In this document: piece after piece, positions 41,349 through 49,037 of the stretch | Position numbering within the stretch: the first letter of the stretch is position 1 | How the letters are laid out: every line of letters begins with the position of its first letter | Assembly (NCBI GenBank): GCA_036796405.1 | Contig: DAIRDB010000002.1 | Coordinates: forward strand, 89,106-153,105 | Length of the DNA: 64,000 nt | Source: Gammaproteobacteria bacterium | Lineage (GTDB): Bacteria; Pseudomonadota; Gammaproteobacteria; Pseudomonadales; Pseudohongiellaceae | Direction: 5' to 3' | Translations under genes and position numbers: made by a program | The notes under the pieces: generated by a model | Told to the model about the DNA's origin: nothing | What the model saw: only the letters and a program-made list of their open reading frames with translations | Databases searched by the model: none

Positions 41349-42521
41349 ATGCAGTTAGCCCACGCCATGTCCCGCCTCGGGACCGAATCCGCGTTCAAGA
41401 TCCTGGCCAAAGCCAAGGCCCTCGAGGCGCAGGGTCGCAGCATCGTCAACCTAGGCATCGGCTCGCCCGACTTCCGCACACCGGCCAATATCGTCGAGGC
41501 AGGCAAGAAGGCCATCGATGACGGCTTCCACTTCTACACGCCAGCCAAAGGGTTGCCGGAACTGCGCGAAGCAGTCGCTGGCGACATCCTGCGACAGCGC
41601 GGTGTGAAGATCGACAAGGACAATGTGATGATCGTCCCGGGCGGCAAGCCCACCATGTTCTTTGCCATCATGATGTTTGGTGAGCCAGGGGCGGAGATCA
41701 TGTATCCGAACCCCGGCTTCCCGATCTACGAATCCATGATCAAGTTCACGGGCGCCACCGCCGTGCCGATTGAATTGCTGGAAAGTACCGGCTTTGCCTT
41801 CGACCCGGATCGCGTGCTGGCGCAGATCACGCCCAATACGCGGCTGATCATCATCAACACGCCGGCCAATCCCACCGGCGGTGTGCTGGAGCGCGACACC
41901 ATCGAGCGCTTCGTGAAGGGCCTCGAGAAATACCCGCACGTGACCCTGCTCGCCGACGAAATCTACGCCCGACTCCTCTACGACGGGCTCAAACACGTGA
42001 GCTTCCTCGAGTTCGACAGCATTCGCGACCGCACCATCCTGCTCGATGGCTGGAGCAAGACCTATTCGATGACCGGCTGGCGCCTCGGCTATGGCGTCTG
42101 GCCGTCCTCGCTGATCGATCACGCCGAGCGTCTGCAGATCAACAGCAATTCCTGCCCGTCTGCGATCGTGCAGCGCGCCGGGGTGGAAGCCCTCAACGGA
42201 CCCCAGGATGCCGTCGACATGATGCTGCGCACCTTCGATGAGCGGCGCCGCCTGATCGTGCAATTGCTCAATGATATTCCCGGTTTTTCCTGCATCGTTC
42301 CCAAGGGGGCCTTCTATGCCTTCCCCAACATCACCGGCACCGGCCTGAAGTCGAAGCAACTCGAAGAACTGCTTCTCGAAGAAGCCGGCGTGGCGACCGT
42401 GGCGGGCACCAGTTTCGGGCACCTCGGCGAGGGCTATATCCGCTTCAGCTATGCGAGCAGCACCGACAATATCCGCGAGGCCATGCGCCGCGTGAAGGAA
42501 CTCATGAGTAAACGCGCCTGA
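41349..42521 (+). CDS. pyridoxal-phosphate-dependent aminotransferase, class I/II
   Basis: 390 aa; NPGFPIYE, NTPANPTGG and the PLP-lysine region GWSKTYSMTGWRLGY. Confidence 0.92.
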   Translation: MQLAHAMSRLGTESAFKILAKAKALEAQGRSIVNLGIGSPDFRTPANIVEAGKKAIDDGFHFYTPAKGLPELREAVAGDILRQRGVKIDKDNVMIVPGGKPTMFFAIMMFGEPGAEIMYPNPGFPIYESMIKFTGATAVPIELLESTGFAFDPDRVLAQITPNTRLIIINTPANPTGGVLERDTIERFVKGLEKYPHVTLLADEIYARLLYDGLKHVSFLEFDSIRDRTILLDGWSKTYSMTGWRLGYGVWPSSLIDHAERLQINSNSCPSAIVQRAGVEALNGPQDAVDMMLRTFDERRRLIVQLLNDIPGFSCIVPKGAFYAFPNITGTGLKSKQLEELLLEEAGVATVAGTSFGHLGEGYIRFSYASSTDNIREAMRRVKELMSKRA

Positions 42522-42556
42522 CCAACTCCCCCTTCGACCAAGCCGAGGACAGCACC

Positions 42557-42934
42557 ATGCAAACCTTGAAAAACATGCTTATCTCTGCCTTTGCGGCCCT
42601 GCTGCTCGCCAGCGGCAGTGTGCTGGCCGAGCAGGTCTGGATCGACGTACGCACGGTCGAGGAGTTCAGCAGCGACCATATCGAGGGTGATGCCAACATT
42701 CCGCTGGCCAGTCTCGACGCCGCAGCACTCGCCAGCAAGTACGGCAAGGACGCCGAACTCATGCTGTACTGCCGCAGCGGCAACCGCGCCGGCCAGGCGA
42801 AGGCCCAGCTGGAAGCTGCCGGTTTCACCAACGTCACCAACGCCGGCGGCATCGGGGACGTGCGTGAACTGCGCAAGCTGGCGGCACCGAACGCCTCGGC
42901 CGCACCGGCCGCCGCGACTACCGGACAGCCCTGA
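42557..42934 (+). CDS. periplasmic rhodanese-domain protein (PspE-like)
   Basis: Signal peptide followed by WIDVRTVEEFSSDHIEGDANIP and the active-site loop YCRSGNRAG. Confidence 0.85.
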   Translation: MQTLKNMLISAFAALLLASGSVLAEQVWIDVRTVEEFSSDHIEGDANIPLASLDAAALASKYGKDAELMLYCRSGNRAGQAKAQLEAAGFTNVTNAGGIGDVRELRKLAAPNASAAPAAATTGQP

Positions 42935-42952
42935 AGTACACGTTCGGCCAGC

Positions 42953-44017
42953 ATGGCAGCGGACGGTGGCTTTCGCCTCGGCATCGTCGAGGGATTTTTC
43001 GGACGCCAGTGGAGCTGGCAGGCGCGTCGCGAGCAGGTGCGATTTCTGGCTGGGCAGGGTTTTGGTACCTATCTCTATGCGCCAAAAAACGACGCCTTTC
43101 TGCGCAAGCGTTGGTTCGAGCCCTACCCCGCGGCAGAGCTGGCAGCGCTGAGCGGCCTCGCTGCTGCTGCAGCAGCGGCGGGGCTGGAATTCGGCATCGG
43201 CCTTAGCCCTTTCGAGCTCTACCTCGATTTCTCGGCGCAGCGTCGCGAAGCGCTACTGCGGAAAGTCGACCAACTGAACCAGCTGCAGGCCCCGCTGCTG
43301 GCCGTCCTGTTCGATGACATGCTCGGCAATCTGCCCGGCCTGGCCGAGCGGCAGCTGCAGATCTTCGACGTCATTCGCAGCCATAGCGCCGCGCAGCAGT
43401 TCGCACTCTGCCCCACTTACTACTCGGATGACCCGTTGCTGCTGCGGCACTTCGGGCCCCGCCCCGCGGATTACCTGGAAGAATTGGGTGCGGCGCTGCC
43501 GGCAGAGATCGCGATTTTCTGGACGGGACCCCGGGTGATCTCCGACGACTATCCGCGCGACCATCTGCTTGAGGTGGGCCAGCGCCTGCGCCGCAAACCC
43601 CTGCTGTGGGACAACTATCCGGTCAACGACGCCAAGCGGCTTGCGGGGTTTTTGCATCTCGCACCTTTCGCGCAGCGCGCACAGGGACGTTTCGATTTTG
43701 CAGCGCTGCGCAGCAGTTGCAGCGGGCTGTTGAGCAACCCGATGAATCAGGCAGCCCTGTCCAGAGTCGCGCTGGCCAGCTTGGCTGAACTTGCCGGTGT
43801 GGCGGATGGCAGTGAAACCTTCGGTACACCGGCCGTGCTGCGCCTGCTTGCCGAGGATGCCATCCAGTTGCAGCACACGGGGCTCGACCACCTACCGCTG
43901 CCAGAGCGCCAGCGACTGCTGGAGCGCTACCGTGCTTGTCTGCCAGACGCCATGGCCCTGGAGGTTTGCCAGTGGCTGGAGGGTGCCTACGCCTTCGATC
44001 CTGCTTGCCTGACGTGA
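42953..44017 (+). CDS. GH84 family beta-N-acetylglucosaminidase (O-GlcNAcase-like), no signal peptide
   Basis: Collinear GH84 motifs: GIVEGFFGRQWSW, YLYAPKND, catalytic pair in VLFDDM (D121-D122, nt 43313-43318), CPTYY, FWTGPRVIS, WDNYPVND, SNPMNQ. Confidence 0.85.
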   Translation: MAADGGFRLGIVEGFFGRQWSWQARREQVRFLAGQGFGTYLYAPKNDAFLRKRWFEPYPAAELAALSGLAAAAAAAGLEFGIGLSPFELYLDFSAQRREALLRKVDQLNQLQAPLLAVLFDDMLGNLPGLAERQLQIFDVIRSHSAAQQFALCPTYYSDDPLLLRHFGPRPADYLEELGAALPAEIAIFWTGPRVISDDYPRDHLLEVGQRLRRKPLLWDNYPVNDAKRLAGFLHLAPFAQRAQGRFDFAALRSSCSGLLSNPMNQAALSRVALASLAELAGVADGSETFGTPAVLRLLAEDAIQLQHTGLDHLPLPERQRLLERYRACLPDAMALEVCQWLEGAYAFDPACLT

Positions 44018-44076
44018 TCGGGCTGACCGGGTAACAGCCGCTGGCAGCCCTGCCCGGAGATGCCAGTCCCCAAAAG

Positions 44077-44100
44077 AAAACGGGGCCGAAGCCCCGTTTT
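44077..44100. terminator. bidirectional intrinsic terminator between the GH84 gene and the convergent TonB-dependent receptor
   Basis: AAAACGGGGC-CGAA-GCCCCGTTTT is a perfect hairpin with U-tracts in both orientations. Confidence 0.8.
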
Positions 44101-44125
44101 CAGTCACTGCCCGGCAACTGCCAGC

Positions 44126-47100
44126 TCAGAAGCTGTAGTTGACGCTCAGCTGGTAACGACGGCCCTCGGCATCATAGGTGTCGCTGACCGACTGCGAGCC
44201 ACCACGCGAGCTGAAGCTCGGAATGATGGGCGGGTTACGGTTGAACACGTTCTGGATGGCGAAGGTGGCATTCCAGCTCGCTCCGTTCGAGGTCTCCCCG
44301 GTGTAGCCCACCTGGGCATTGAACCAGGCATTGGAGGCAATGTCGGCATCGTCGAAGTCGATGCCGGTGATGGCGAGGATGCCACCACCACCGATACGGC
44401 CCATACGGACGGAATCGATCCAGCGACCCTGCAGCTGCAGGGTCCAGTTTTCGATGCCGTAGTTGGCAATTACGGTCGCGGTGTTGGCCGGTGTTCCGAG
44501 ACCCCCGGTCACATCAATGCTGGCTGCCGTGGCGGTCGCCTTGTTGGAGCGCTCGAGAATGTGGCCGTACAGCACCCGCAGACGGAACGTCTCCGACAGA
44601 CTACCGAGGAAGTCCGGCTCGAAGCGGTAGCTCAACTCCGTATCCACGCCTTCCACATACTGGGAGGCGAGGTTGAAGAACGGGTTGAACACACGACCGA
44701 TGATGTTCTGGTCATCACGCTCCACGTACTGACAGAAGCTGGCGTTGCCCGCGGCACACTCGTTGACCACGCGCTGCACGTTCAGCTGGCTGATGGCATC
44801 CTGCACATCCACCTGATACCAGTCTGACGACAGCTGGAGGCCTTCCAGCCAGCTTGGCTGGAACACAAAACCGGCCACAACCGTATCGGCAAACTCAGGA
44901 TTGAGGTCTGGATTACCCACCGCTACCGAGGTGATCTGCGAGTTGGCATTGCCACGCGTCGGGTCGTTGACCGAGCCACCGCCCCCCTGCTGGTCGAAAC
45001 GTTCGGCGAAGGTCGCTTCGCGCACGTCGCGGGAGCGGGTCAGACGAACACGCAGGTCTTCGTAGACCTCGATATCGAGACCGATCTTCCAGGTGTCGAC
45101 GCGTCCGGAGCTGGAGTAGTCGGAGCTACGGAAGGCAGCGGAGCCACCCACCTTCTGGGCGCCGGACTCGGAAGCCCAGAACGGCGACTGGACTTCGGCA
45201 AAGTATTCCCACACGTCGTACTGCCCGAGCACGTTCGGAACAGTGGAGAACTGGTGCAGGTTCGGGCTGCCGTTCAGCGCGATGCCGGCCGGGAACCCCT
45301 GGATTCCCAGCGCCGGATCGTTGCGCGGCGGGCCAAGGGCGTCGACGTCGGCAGGAGCAGCACGTTCGAAGAAGCTCTGGTCGCGCCAGGTGAGACCGGC
45401 AGCCAGTGATACCGGACCATAGCCCCAACCTTCATACAGCTCACCGGTGAGCAGCAGTTCGGCGAACTCCTGGTTGACTTCACCAATACCGAATTTGTCG
45501 GTGCCCACGTAATCAACGGCGGCCTGACTGACGTTGCCGTTGCCCATCACGTTGTAGGGCACGCAGCTCGACACGGTGTTGTCGAGACCGATCGGGGAGT
45601 ACAGCGGCCGGGTCACGAACTCGTCGGTCTTCAAGCCCTTGATCGACGGCGAGGCGGCAAGCTCCGCCGGCGTGGGGTTGCGCAGCGTCACGCGGCAAAC
45701 GATGGCGCCGGTCTTGGGGTCGCGCACAGCGTCGGACGCCAGGTACATGCGGTCGGCACGGATCTTGTCATAGACCTGCGAGCGGCGGGTGGACTTGCCG
45801 TCCTGATACTGGCCACGCAGGGCCCAGTTGCCGTCGAGATCGGCATCGAAACCGACCGACCAGGACTGAGTCCCGAACACGTTGCGATCTTTCTGGCCGA
45901 AACCGATTTCCGGCACGTCCTGGAAGGATCCGTTCTTGTTGACCTGCAGCGCGGTGAACTGGTTGGCATCCATGATGGCCGCCACGTTGGCCGGCAGGTA
46001 GGGATTGTCACGCCAGACCGTCACGGTCCACGGCGCTTCCATTTCGTAGCCAGCGCGCCGCGGATACTGATTGGACTCGGCGCGGCCCACCAGTGCTTGA
46101 CCGAACAACGTGATGCGGTCCGACAGCTCGTAGTTGCCGCCAAGGAACCAGGAACGGTTGACGACCTCTGCACCGTTGGCCCCGCCCGGACCGAAGGCCC
46201 GGTTGTGGATGGCCCCTTCCGGACCGCCACTCATGTTTTGCTGGGTGCCAGCCGCCGTGGTGAGGTTGTCACCGTAGACGAACGGCGTGATGTTGGCGCC
46301 ATCGGGCGTGAACTTCATCGCCGCAAGACCGCTGGCGTTGAAGGCGGCTGCCGGCGCAGCGGCTGCCACGGCACTGGGCGAGGCCAGCGCCGGGCCACGG
46401 TTGGCGCCGACGATCAGACCATAGGGGGACTGGATCGACGACGAGACCCAGGGACGCACGAGGTACTGCGGATTGGTGCCGACCGGATCGCTCGCCTTGT
46501 AGGCAGGGTTATGGACCCAGCCCCAGCGCTGGAAGAAGGACGGGTCCATGTCTTCGTGGGTACGCTGGATATCGTTGATGTAGCGGGATTCGAAGGAGCC
46601 GATCACATTGAGTTTTTCGCCGAACTTGCGGCCACCGGCTACCGACACGTTCCAGCGCTGGCCGTCATTGAGTTCGGTCACACCGGTACCGGCACTGACC
46701 TTGAGGCCTTCGAACTGACGATCGAGGACGAAGTTGGTTACACCACCGATGGCATCGGCGCCGTAGGCCGCCGAGGCACCCCCGGTGACGACATCCACGG
46801 TCCGCAGCAGGGCGGTCGGGATGGTATCCACGTTGACCGCACCACGCTTGTCGCCGGGCACGATACGCACACCGTCGAGCAGCACGAGCGTACGCTCGCG
46901 GCCGAGGTTACGCATGTTCAGGTAAGAGCCACCGGCCGTATCGAACAGGGCGCCACCGCCGCGCTGGGCCGTCTGCGTGTTGAAGAACTGCGGCAGGGAG
47001 TCGAGCTGCTCGGAAACGGTACCACCCGGATCGAAGTTGCTGAGTTCACCGACCGTGATGGCGGTGACCGGGGTCGGCGTGGCCATGCCGTCGGTGATGC

Positions 47101-47233
47101 GAACGCGCGAACCGGTGACCTGGATTTCTTCCACCTGCTCCTGCTGGGCATAAACCAGCTGGGACGCGACGATGGTGGATACCGACAGGGCGAGTGCCTT
47201 GGCCTTGTATCCGCGGAACAGAGCTTGTTTCAT
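44126..47233 (-). CDS. TonB-dependent outer-membrane receptor (large, about 1035 aa)
   Basis: Signal peptide, TonB-box/plug region (EEIQVTGSRV..., TVDVVTGGASAAYGADAIGGVTNFV), long beta-barrel, and C-terminal aromatic end (LSVNYSF). Start at ATG 47231-47233. Confidence 0.93.
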   Translation of the reverse strand: MKQALFRGYKAKALALSVSTIVASQLVYAQQEQVEEIQVTGSRVRITDGMATPTPVTAITVGELSNFDPGGTVSEQLDSLPQFFNTQTAQRGGGALFDTAGGSYLNMRNLGRERTLVLLDGVRIVPGDKRGAVNVDTIPTALLRTVDVVTGGASAAYGADAIGGVTNFVLDRQFEGLKVSAGTGVTELNDGQRWNVSVAGGRKFGEKLNVIGSFESRYINDIQRTHEDMDPSFFQRWGWVHNPAYKASDPVGTNPQYLVRPWVSSSIQSPYGLIVGANRGPALASPSAVAAAAPAAAFNASGLAAMKFTPDGANITPFVYGDNLTTAAGTQQNMSGGPEGAIHNRAFGPGGANGAEVVNRSWFLGGNYELSDRITLFGQALVGRAESNQYPRRAGYEMEAPWTVTVWRDNPYLPANVAAIMDANQFTALQVNKNGSFQDVPEIGFGQKDRNVFGTQSWSVGFDADLDGNWALRGQYQDGKSTRRSQVYDKIRADRMYLASDAVRDPKTGAIVCRVTLRNPTPAELAASPSIKGLKTDEFVTRPLYSPIGLDNTVSSCVPYNVMGNGNVSQAAVDYVGTDKFGIGEVNQEFAELLLTGELYEGWGYGPVSLAAGLTWRDQSFFERAAPADVDALGPPRNDPALGIQGFPAGIALNGSPNLHQFSTVPNVLGQYDVWEYFAEVQSPFWASESGAQKVGGSAAFRSSDYSSSGRVDTWKIGLDIEVYEDLRVRLTRSRDVREATFAERFDQQGGGGSVNDPTRGNANSQITSVAVGNPDLNPEFADTVVAGFVFQPSWLEGLQLSSDWYQVDVQDAISQLNVQRVVNECAAGNASFCQYVERDDQNIIGRVFNPFFNLASQYVEGVDTELSYRFEPDFLGSLSETFRLRVLYGHILERSNKATATAASIDVTGGLGTPANTATVIANYGIENWTLQLQGRWIDSVRMGRIGGGGILAITGIDFDDADIASNAWFNAQVGYTGETSNGASWNATFAIQNVFNRNPPIIPSFSSRGGSQSVSDTYDAEGRRYQLSVNYSF

Positions 47234-47627
47234 CAAATTTGCCCTCGATGATGATCTTGATTGAAAACTGCCGAGTGCAGCGCCGCAGCGGGAGACCCGA
47301 CTGCGAGCCATGCACGAGGGGAGCGCTTGAAAACCAGCTTGGCCACTGACCTCGGTTCGTAACCGATATGCGTGTCAAATACCCACGGTTGCGGCTGAAC
47401 GCGAAAGTCGGCAGGGGCCGGAATGCTGAAGTGCCGGATGCCCGGAGCTGTCATCACCCGGGAGGCATGCAAAAGCGGATATGACCAGGACGCTCTATGG
47501 TGTCTTGGCCGGTTTTCGTAGATCTCCCCAAGCGCGGCATTGAATGCGTGCCTTCCGGTTAAGTCAATGGAAATTTTCGGCCGGACCTGTGTACGCTTGA
47601 GGTCCTTTTTCGCGACGATAACCCGGC

Positions 47628-48467
47628 ATGCCGCAGACCCGCACCCTGACCACCAGCCTTGGTCACGTAATGACCGTGTTCAAGGACGACTACATCGGAG
47701 ACAAGATCCTCAAGCAGGGGTTGTATGAGCGGGAAAACCTCGCCTTGCTACTCGATTTGCTGGGAAAGATCGAAAATCCGGTGGTGCTCGACATCGGCGC
47801 CAACATTGGCAACCACGCGCTGGCCTTCTCGACGCGGGCCCGCGAGGTGCACGCCTTCGAACCCGTCCCGGCAATTAACGCCCTGTTGAGGGAGAACGTC
47901 AGGCGCAACGGGCTCGGCAACGTCACCGTCCATCCCGTGGCGCTGTCGGATGCCGGCGGCAGCGCCACGCTGCACGTCAACACCGCCGGCAATCTGGGCG
48001 CCTCCAGCTTCGACAGCCGCGGCGGCAGCGAAGCCGCCATCGAGGTGGCCAAGGCAACCGGTGACGACTTTCTAGCCGCCGCTGGCGTGGGGCGCGTCGA
48101 TCTCGTCAAGATCGACGTCGAGGCACACGAGGCCTTTGTGCTGCGCGGCCTCTGCAAGACGCTGGCGCGGGACCTGCCCTGGCTGACCCTCGAATGGAAT
48201 GACCCTCTGACCATTCAACGCCTCCACGGGTCTGAGGAACTCGGCTTCCTGCTCGATCACTACACGCCCTGGGTGCTCGGCAGTAACCACGATCGCCTGT
48301 TCTGGAAATCGCGGCCCTTCGGTCTGCTGCGACGAAAGTGGCATCGGCTGTTTACCGAGCGGCGCGCCCTGCTCTACCCGTTCGAGCCGACAAGGCTTTA
48401 CAAGAATCTGCTTTTCGTTCCGAAGGGACGCGAGGCGCTGCTGGATCCGCGCCATTTTCTGCTGTGA
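47628..48467 (+). CDS. FkbM family methyltransferase
   Basis: VLDIGANIGNHALAFS...VHAFEPVPAINALLRENVRRNGLGNVTVHPVALSD is typical of FkbM-type SAM methyltransferases. Confidence 0.85.
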   Translation: MPQTRTLTTSLGHVMTVFKDDYIGDKILKQGLYERENLALLLDLLGKIENPVVLDIGANIGNHALAFSTRAREVHAFEPVPAINALLRENVRRNGLGNVTVHPVALSDAGGSATLHVNTAGNLGASSFDSRGGSEAAIEVAKATGDDFLAAAGVGRVDLVKIDVEAHEAFVLRGLCKTLARDLPWLTLEWNDPLTIQRLHGSEELGFLLDHYTPWVLGSNHDRLFWKSRPFGLLRRKWHRLFTERRALLYPFEPTRLYKNLLFVPKGREALLDPRHFLL

Positions 48468-48647
48468 ACGAGTATCCATGCAGGGTGATCGTTCTGCTGC
48501 CTGCCCCGTAGAGCCAGCGAACCCCCGTAATAAAGACAGGGACAATCCCGGCGTTTTTGCGCAAAACCCCGCAATCAGGCGCGGCCGGCGATTTACAGAA
48601 CGCGATTACGCTTCTACCATCCGGGCGTCGCCTCAGGTTTTCAGTCG

Positions 48648-48950
48648 ATGCTCGGACTCGCGCTCTCACTGCTGAAACGTCACCGCCGCTCGTGGCTCAC
48701 CTTGTTGTTGCTGGTGGCCTTTGCGGGCGTGCAAGTGCTGCAGGTGTCCGCCCTTCACGACCATGCCCGCGAGACGGTGGACTGCGCCCTGTGCCATGCG
48801 CCCGTCCTGGGCGATGACAGCACCCTCGATCGCAGTCTTAACCTGCCTGCCGCACAAGACGGCGTCCGCCCGGTGGTCAGGCTGTCTGCTGCCCCCACGG
48901 GCTCCGCCCCCAGCCCCTATCAAGGGCGCGCCCCACCCAGCTTGGTCTGA
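48648..48950 (+). CDS. small membrane-anchored His/Cys protein, DUF2946-like
   Basis: 100 aa with an N-terminal TM/signal anchor (WLTLLLLVAFAGVQVL), then HDH and CALCH, and a C-terminal ...QGRAPPSLV. Sits 88 nt upstream of a metal-type TonB receptor. Family resemblance is from memory. Confidence 0.55.
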   Translation: MLGLALSLLKRHRRSWLTLLLLVAFAGVQVLQVSALHDHARETVDCALCHAPVLGDDSTLDRSLNLPAAQDGVRPVVRLSAAPTGSAPSPYQGRAPPSLV

Positions 48951-49037
48951 CCTCACCGAACTGCCTCGCGGTTCGCTCGCTCCTTGTTTCCTCCGCCGGC
49001 CTGCGCCCGGCGGTCCTTTTGCGTTGTGAGAGCTACC

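Noticed and set aside
47234-47540. Possible cobalamin riboswitch in the leader of the large TonB receptor (fragments ATTCCGGCCCCTGCCGAC and GGTCAGTGGCC)
   Set aside because: - The conserved B12 box (…AGACCTGCC…) and the GCCACTG…GGGAAG element are not present in the correct order and orientation.
- The resemblance is fragmentary. Only an Infernal scan could settle it.
48648-48950. The small ORF as a c-type cytochrome, because of CALCH
   Set aside because: - It has a single CxxCH in a 100-aa protein, with no recognisable cytochrome c fold or distal Met/His context.
- The context next to a metal-type TonB receptor fits DUF2946-like metal-handling proteins better.
- It is kept as an open alternative in the finding.
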